NCBI GenBank assembly: GCA_963662335.2
Contig: CAXXVD010000002.1
Coordinates: 96,001-160,000 of the forward strand
Direction of reading: 5' to 3'
Source: Chloroflexota bacterium
GTDB taxonomy: Bacteria; Chloroflexota; UBA11872; VXOZ01
DNA: 64,000 nt
Below the pieces are notes generated by a model. That model was not told the DNA's origin. It searched no databases and saw only the letters and a program-made list of their open reading frames with translations. The translations under genes were made by a program, and so were the position numbers. Position 1 is the stretch's first letter. The number at the start of each line of letters is the position of its first letter. Below are positions 58,626 through 64,000 of the stretch, one piece after another.

Positions 58626-58841
58626 ATGGAAGCACTACAGTTGGTGGCACTTATCGTCGCGGCAATCGGCGCGATTAACTGGGGTCTCGTCGGCCTGGCG
58701 AAGATCGACCTGGTAGCCCTCATCGCCGGCGGCCTCAAGTTCGGCGAAGTGAACACCATTTCCCGCGTCCTCTACATCGTGGTCGGCATCTGCGGTATCC
58801 TCGCCATCGTCTTGGAATTCATGGGCGACACGGCCGCGTAG
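58626..58841 (+). CDS. DUF378 family small membrane protein
   Basis: 'IGAINWGLVG..DLV...SRVLYIVVGICG'. Confidence 0.85.
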   Translation: MEALQLVALIVAAIGAINWGLVGLAKIDLVALIAGGLKFGEVNTISRVLYIVVGICGILAIVLEFMGDTAA

Positions 58842-59004
58842 GCCTTTGCCGGCATTGCCAAGCGCAGTGAGAAATCAAGCCTGAATTGGCGCAGGGGCGG
58901 TTCGCGAACCGCCCCTGCGTTTTCTATTGCTCAAGTCCCGCGCCGCGAACCCCGCCGGGCGGCGGACGGAACCAGGGCGCGCCGGTTTGCGGAGAGCGGC
59001 GCCC

Positions 59005-59733
59005 TTACGCGCACTGCCACGGCGTCTCGATATTCACGGCGCCCAGGACCCAATCCTGCATGACACGGCTGCCGCTGGCGCCGGTGAACGTGTATTGCTG
59101 GGCGGGATAGCGCACAACCTCGCGCGACGCCTGTTCATCCTCGGTTGCCGCGCAGCTTAGGGTGGCGTCGTAGGTCCAGACCTCCGCAGTCTCCACCACC
59201 ACCTCATCGGCCGCGGAGACGCTGAGCACGGTGCAGGTATTCACCTGGGGCGCAACGTCGGTAATCCGCACCACGCTATAGGCGTCGGTTTCCTTTGCCA
59301 GCAGCGACGCGGCCGCCGTTTGGGCGCGCGCCGCCATCTCGCCCCACGTCGCGGTCAATTGCGCCGCCTCCAGTTCGCCCCGCATAAAGGCGGCTTGTGC
59401 CCCGTTAGCGGCGGCGATCGCGGCGCTGATGTCCGACGGGCACGGCACGCCGGCCGTCAGCGCGGGCGCGGGTGTCGGGTCCGGCAACGGCGTCGGCTCC
59501 GGCTCCGGCAGCGGTGTAGCCGTTGGCGGGGGCGCTGGCGGCGTAGTGGGCGTGGGGGAGACGATGACGGCCGGCGTCGCTTGCGCCGGCGCGCTCTCCT
59601 GCGGCGTTGGCGTCGCCTCCGCCATCTCCTCGCTGCCAGGATCCGTCAGGCGCAGCGCCACCACTGTCCCCGCGACGACAAGCAGAATAACCAGCACCGC
59701 TACGAGTAGCCCGATCACCCGTGACCCGCTCAT
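59005..59733 (-). CDS. membrane-anchored protein with a Pro/Thr linker and a Cys-containing extracellular domain
   Basis: N-terminal TM, PTP repeats, four Cys. Confidence 0.65.
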   Translation of the reverse strand: MSGSRVIGLLVAVLVILLVVAGTVVALRLTDPGSEEMAEATPTPQESAPAQATPAVIVSPTPTTPPAPPPTATPLPEPEPTPLPDPTPAPALTAGVPCPSDISAAIAAANGAQAAFMRGELEAAQLTATWGEMAARAQTAAASLLAKETDAYSVVRITDVAPQVNTCTVLSVSAADEVVVETAEVWTYDATLSCAATEDEQASREVVRYPAQQYTFTGASGSRVMQDWVLGAVNIETPWQCA

Positions 59734-59901
59734 TGGCACACTCCTGTCTACGAACGCTTTCCTCACATACTACCCTTAATGCGGGCGGAGTGCACCCGGC
59801 AGCGGCAACAGCGGCGGCGCAAGGTGCTATAATGAGAGTGTTTGCGGGAAGTGGGGCACGCCCCGCGCAGTGGGGCATACCACGCAGCGGAGCCGCCCCG
59901 C

Positions 59902-59958
59902 GCAAGCGGGGACACACCGTGCAGGCGGGGACACACCGCGCAAGCGGGGACGCCCACT
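59902..59958. repeat. 3 x 19-bp direct repeat in the nusA leader
   Basis: GCARGCGGGGAC(ACACCGY/GCCCACT); extended -10 TGCTATAAT at 59825. Confidence 0.7.
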
Positions 59959-60018
59959 TCTTTCTTAATTCCTGGCGGCTGCCCGGGTAGATGTCGGCAG
60001 CAGGGGAAGGTATCGCGC

Positions 60019-61230
60019 ATGAAGAGCGATTTCGTATCGGCAATCGCGCAGATTGCCAGTGAAAAAGGCCTTAATCAAGAAGACGTCATTAGCGCGCTGG
60101 AGACCGCGATCCTCTCCGCTTACCGCAAAGTCAGCGGCGATCCGGTGCCCAACGCCGTCGCGTACTTCGACGCGCAATCCGGCGAATCCAAGATCTACGT
60201 GCCCAAAGTCGTGGTGGAAAGCGTGGAAGACCGCGAGACCGAGATCAGCGTCGCCGACGCCCAGGCCATCGACCCGGAGGCGGAGCCGGGCGACGAAATC
60301 GAGGTGGAAATCACCCCGCCCAACGTGGGGCGCATTGCCGCCCAGGCCGCGCGCCAGGTGCTCTTGCAGTCGCTGCGGGAAAAAGAGCGGGACCACGTCT
60401 ACGACGACTTCATCGACCGGGTGGGCGAAATCGTCAGCGGACGGGTGCAGCGCGTGGATAATCGCGGCGTGGTGCTGGACTTCGGCCGCGCCGAGGCGCT
60501 CATGTCCTCCGCGGACATGGTCCCCGGCGAGCGCGACCGCTACCGCCTGGGCCAACGCCTGCGCGCCTATATCGCGGAAGTGCGCAAAGACCTGAAAGGA
60601 CCGGTGGTGCGCGTCTCACGCGCCCACAAGGACTTCATCCGCCGCCTCATCGAGCAGGAAGTGCCCGAAGTGCAGAACGGCGCCGTGGAGATCAAGGAAA
60701 TTGCCCGCGACCCGGGTTCGCGCACCAAGGTGGCCGTGGCCGCCGCGCAAGAGGGCTTGGACCCGGTGGGGTCGTGCGTCGGCATGAGGGGCACGCGCAT
60801 CCAGAACGTGCTGCGTGAACTCGGCAACGAGAAAGTGGAGATCATCGAGTGGAGCGCGGATACCGCCACCTTCATCAAGAACGCGCTCTCGCCGGCGGAG
60901 ATCCAACGCGTGGAACTGACCGAGGTTGACGAGCAGCCGGTTGCCTCGGTGCTCGTGGACGCGGACATGGTCTCGCTGGCAATTGGCCGCGACGGCCAGA
61001 ACACCCGGCTCGCCAACCGGCTCACTGGCTGGAAGATCAACATCCGCTCGCTGGAGGAACCGGACGACGGCGCGCCGGCCGCGCAGCCGGCGGATGCCGA
61101 ACTCGCCGCCGACGCCGCGGCCGTGCCGCAGACGGCAGCGCCTGTGACCGAGTCCGCCGCAGCCGCGCCGGAAGCGTCCGCAGCGCCGGAAGGGACGGAA
61201 ACCCTCACGACCGAGGATCCCGCCGGCTAG
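60019..61230 (+). CDS. nusA: transcription termination factor NusA
   Basis: 'GRIAAQAARQV', S1 and KH domains, 'AIGRDGQNTRLA..LTGWKINI'. Confidence 0.97.
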   Translation: MKSDFVSAIAQIASEKGLNQEDVISALETAILSAYRKVSGDPVPNAVAYFDAQSGESKIYVPKVVVESVEDRETEISVADAQAIDPEAEPGDEIEVEITPPNVGRIAAQAARQVLLQSLREKERDHVYDDFIDRVGEIVSGRVQRVDNRGVVLDFGRAEALMSSADMVPGERDRYRLGQRLRAYIAEVRKDLKGPVVRVSRAHKDFIRRLIEQEVPEVQNGAVEIKEIARDPGSRTKVAVAAAQEGLDPVGSCVGMRGTRIQNVLRELGNEKVEIIEWSADTATFIKNALSPAEIQRVELTEVDEQPVASVLVDADMVSLAIGRDGQNTRLANRLTGWKINIRSLEEPDDGAPAAQPADAELAADAAAVPQTAAPVTESAAAAPEASAAPEGTETLTTEDPAG

Positions 61231-61297
61231 TTCCGCGTTTCGGTTCCACCGCGGACCCGGGCCAAAACGCGGCGCAGCCTTGGAGGGGAGGACGCGG

Positions 61298-61630
61298 GTG
61301 ACCCAAACTGCCGCGCCGCGGGCAAGACACGTGCCGCTGCGCACCTGTCTCGGCTGCCGCGCGGCGAAGCCCAAGCGCGACCTGGTGCGGATCGTACGCA
61401 CGGCGGCGGGGCAGGCGCAGATCGACGAAACGGGCAGCGCCCGCGGCCGCGGCGCGTACTGCTGTCCCAACGCCGCGTGCGCCGCGCGCGCACTCCGGCA
61501 GGGCGCGCTGAACCGGGCGTTGCGCACGAACCTGGACCCGGCGGCGCTGGCGGCGCTGCGGGCGTGGGCCGCGCGCCTTGACGCGCCAAGTCATCCGATC
61601 CCGGCGCGGCGTTCAGCGCGCGCGGAGTAG
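61298..61630 (+). CDS. ylxR: YlxR/RnpM family protein
   Basis: 'PLRTCLGCR..KPKRDLVRIV...GRGAYCC'. Confidence 0.9.
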   Translation: MTQTAAPRARHVPLRTCLGCRAAKPKRDLVRIVRTAAGQAQIDETGSARGRGAYCCPNAACAARALRQGALNRALRTNLDPAALAALRAWAARLDAPSHPIPARRSARAE

Positions 61631-61698
61631 ACTGCGCGCTGCGTCACCCTTCCCGGCTTAGCCCGGCGGAAGGAACCGGCGCGAGAGGAGAAAGAACG

Positions 61699-63627
61699 AT
61701 GAGAACAGGCTCCAGATCACGCGGCGGCGCGCGCACGCGACGGCGTTCCGGCGGCCGCGGCTCGTCGGCGGCTGCCTCGAGAGCGGCGGCGTCGCCAAAC
61801 ACGCAGCAAGCGGACCACGCCTCCGGCGCGCCGCAAACCGCCGTCAGGCCCGCGGCGGCGCAGAAGATCAAACTGCCGCCGGACATTACCGTCGGCCAAC
61901 TCGCCGAGCGCCTCGACGAGAGCCCGACCACCGTCATCAAAGAACTCTTTACGCGCGGCACCGCCGTCACCATCAATCAATCGCTCGACTTCGCCACCGC
62001 TTCGGTGGTCGTGGAGGCCCTGGGCCATACGGTTGTCAAGGAAGAAGCCAAACCGGCGGCATCCAGGCAGAAAGAAGACGCGGTGCTGGAAATCGCCAAG
62101 CAGACGGGCACTACCGTGCGCAAGCGGCGGCGCTTCGAGAAGCGCTCGCCGGTGATTACCGTGATGGGCCACGTGGACCACGGCAAGACCTCGCTGCTGG
62201 ACGCCCTGCGCCAGACCAACGTGGCGGAAGGGGAATCCGGCGGCATTACGCAGCGCATCGGCGCCTATCAAGTGACCCACAACGGCGAGGCCATCACCTT
62301 CATCGACACCCCCGGCCACGAGGCCTTCACCGCCATGCGCGCCCGGGGCGCCAAGGTCACGGACCTGGCGGTCATCGTGGTTGCGGCCGACGACGGCATC
62401 ATGCCCCAGACCGTCGAGGCTATCAATCACGCCCGCGCGGCCAAGGTGCCGTTCTTGATCGCGCTCAATAAGATCGACCTGCCGAACGCCAACCCGGACC
62501 GCGTCAAGCAGCAGCTTACGGAACACGAAATCGTAATCGAAGAGTACGGCGGCGATACGGTGCTGGTAGAGGTCTCCGCCCAGACCAAAGAAGGGCTGGA
62601 AGACCTGCTGGAGATGATCGCGCTGCTCTCGGAGTTGGAGGGCGTGCGCGCCGATCCCCGCGTGCCGGCGCGGGGCGTCGTGATCGAGAGCGTCGTGGAC
62701 AAGAGCCGCGGCCCGGTGGCGACCGTCCTCGTGCAGGAGGGCACGCTCCGCGTGGGCAATACCGCGGTCTGCGGCGCCACCTCCGGCCGCGTGCGCGCGC
62801 TCTTCGATGAGAGAGGCGCGCCCATCGACGCGGCCGGCCCCTCCGTGCCGGCTGAGATTCTGGGCCTCAGCGACCTGCCCGCGCCCGGCGATACGCTCAT
62901 CGAGGTGGTGGACGATAAGGCCGCCAAGGTGCTGCTGCAGGGACTGGCCGAGCGCCAACGCGCGGAGACCGAGCGCATGTCGCTGGATATTCTCAGCGCC
63001 ACCGCCGGGGAAGGCGTGGAAGAACTGGACGTGGTCTTGAAAGCCGACAATCGCGGCTCCATGGAAGCCGTTCAACAGGCGTTGGAGCAGCTTTCCACGG
63101 CTGAAACCCGCGTGCGCGTCGTCTATAGCGGCGTGGGCCCGGTGAGCGAATCGGACGTGCAGTTGGCGATCGCCGGCAACGCGCTGATCACGGCCTTCAA
63201 CGTGCGGCCCGACGCCGCCGCCCGCTCCCTGGCGGAAGCGGAAAAGGTCGAAATCCGCCACTACACCGTGATCTACACCCTCATCGAGGAGATGCAGAAG
63301 GCCTTGCTGGGCCTGCTGGAACCGGAGTACGTCGAGGTCAGGGACAGCCAGGCCGAGATTCGCGCGGTCTTCAACCAGGTGCGCGGACAGAGCGTGCTCG
63401 GCGCGCTGGTGCGGGAAGGGGTGGTGCGCCGGGGCGCGCAGGTGCGCGTGCTGCGCGATAAGCGGCTGCTGCTCAAGACCACCGTCACCAGCCTGCGCCG
63501 CTTCAAGGACGCCGTGCGCGAGGTAACCGGCGGCTACGAGTGCGGCATCGGCATCGGCGAGGTGTACGACGCCCGCGAAGGCGACGTGCTGGAGACCTTC
63601 CACGTGGAAGAGAAGGCGCGTTTCTAA
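61699..63627 (+). CDS. infB: translation initiation factor IF-2
   Basis: '[13 protein letters not shown]', 'DTPGHEAF', 'NKID', 'SLRRFKD.V.EV..GYECG'. Confidence 0.97.
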   Translation: MRTGSRSRGGARTRRRSGGRGSSAAASRAAASPNTQQADHASGAPQTAVRPAAAQKIKLPPDITVGQLAERLDESPTTVIKELFTRGTAVTINQSLDFATASVVVEALGHTVVKEEAKPAASRQKEDAVLEIAKQTGTTVRKRRRFEKRSPVITVMGHVDHGKTSLLDALRQTNVAEGESGGITQRIGAYQVTHNGEAITFIDTPGHEAFTAMRARGAKVTDLAVIVVAADDGIMPQTVEAINHARAAKVPFLIALNKIDLPNANPDRVKQQLTEHEIVIEEYGGDTVLVEVSAQTKEGLEDLLEMIALLSELEGVRADPRVPARGVVIESVVDKSRGPVATVLVQEGTLRVGNTAVCGATSGRVRALFDERGAPIDAAGPSVPAEILGLSDLPAPGDTLIEVVDDKAAKVLLQGLAERQRAETERMSLDILSATAGEGVEELDVVLKADNRGSMEAVQQALEQLSTAETRVRVVYSGVGPVSESDVQLAIAGNALITAFNVRPDAAARSLAEAEKVEIRHYTVIYTLIEEMQKALLGLLEPEYVEVRDSQAEIRAVFNQVRGQSVLGALVREGVVRRGAQVRVLRDKRLLLKTTVTSLRRFKDAVREVTGGYECGIGIGEVYDAREGDVLETFHVEEKARF

Positions 63628-63631
63628 GCCC

Positions 63632-64000
63632 ATGGATCTGCGAAAGCTGGAACGGTCAACCGCGCTCTTGCGCGAGGAACTGACCGACATCCTGCGCGCG
63701 GAGGTGCGCGATCCCCGCCTGCACACGGTCACGGTCTCGGCGGTGCGTCTCTCCCGCGATCGGCGCTTCGCCCGCGTGTACGTGAGCCTGGCGGAAGACG
63801 AGGAGGCGGAGGAGCAGGCCGTGCTGGCCGCCCTGCGCCGCGCCGCCGGTTTCGTGCGCCGCTGCCTGGCCCAACGGCTCTCGTGGTATAAAGCGCCGGA
63901 AGTCACGTTTGCGCTCGACGAGGGCATGAAACAGGGCGACCGGGTGCTGGCCCTCTTCCGCGACATCGAAACAGAGGCGCGTCCACAGGCCGACGCGCCG
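63632..64000 (+). CDS. rbfA: ribosome-binding factor A (runs off the window end)
   Basis: 'EVRDPRL...VRLSRDRRFARVYVS...AAGFVRR..APEVTFALD'. Confidence 0.9.
   Translation, partial: MDLRKLERSTALLREELTDILRAEVRDPRLHTVTVSAVRLSRDRRFARVYVSLAEDEEAEEQAVLAALRRAAGFVRRCLAQRLSWYKAPEVTFALDEGMKQGDRVLALFRDIETEARPQADAP

Noticed and set aside
61717-63966. Long antisense ORFs (749 aa here; also 26217-27584, 46201-47766, 43734-44870 and others)
   Set aside because: Shadow frames of real genes in high-GC DNA, with no recognisable motifs.

Overview
GC-rich bacterial chromosome segment, most likely Chloroflexota (inference: Tat-lipoprotein 'AACG' sugar-binding proteins, a c-di-AMP PII-like receptor, a nusA-ylxR-infB-rbfA operon with no rimP in front, dense palindromic repeats). 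Housekeeping or metabolic content: MATE, MFS and two MMPL transporters, three orphan ABC solute-binding proteins, TIM-barrel isomerases, dut, a divIC-like gene, tRNA-Pro(CGG), and nusA-ylxR-infB-rbfA. Accessory content: (1) a duplicated MMPL/restriction-modification unit whose NotI-family endonuclease carries an in-frame TGA; (2) three toxin-antitoxin loci, one with a decayed toxin; (3) a low-GC SDH/ClpP-fold protease coupled to a small orphan gene; (4) a SAM-I riboswitch in front of a thrC-like gene and a MoaD/ThiS sulfur carrier; (5) a vWA-PP2C-kinase (TerY-P-like) triad with a membrane-anchored kinase; (6) a CarH-type B12-binding domain fused to a C-terminal XRE HTH, divergent from a fasciclin gene; (7) three tandem length-variant LATKAD coiled-coil genes; (8) a lipoprotein with four Cache domains. 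At least six REP-like palindrome families occur in intergenic DNA. Three of these palindromes were split by IS-type insertions with visible TIRs and TSDs, and several sit against short tandem arrays. All calls are by eye from sequence motifs; no database searches were run.
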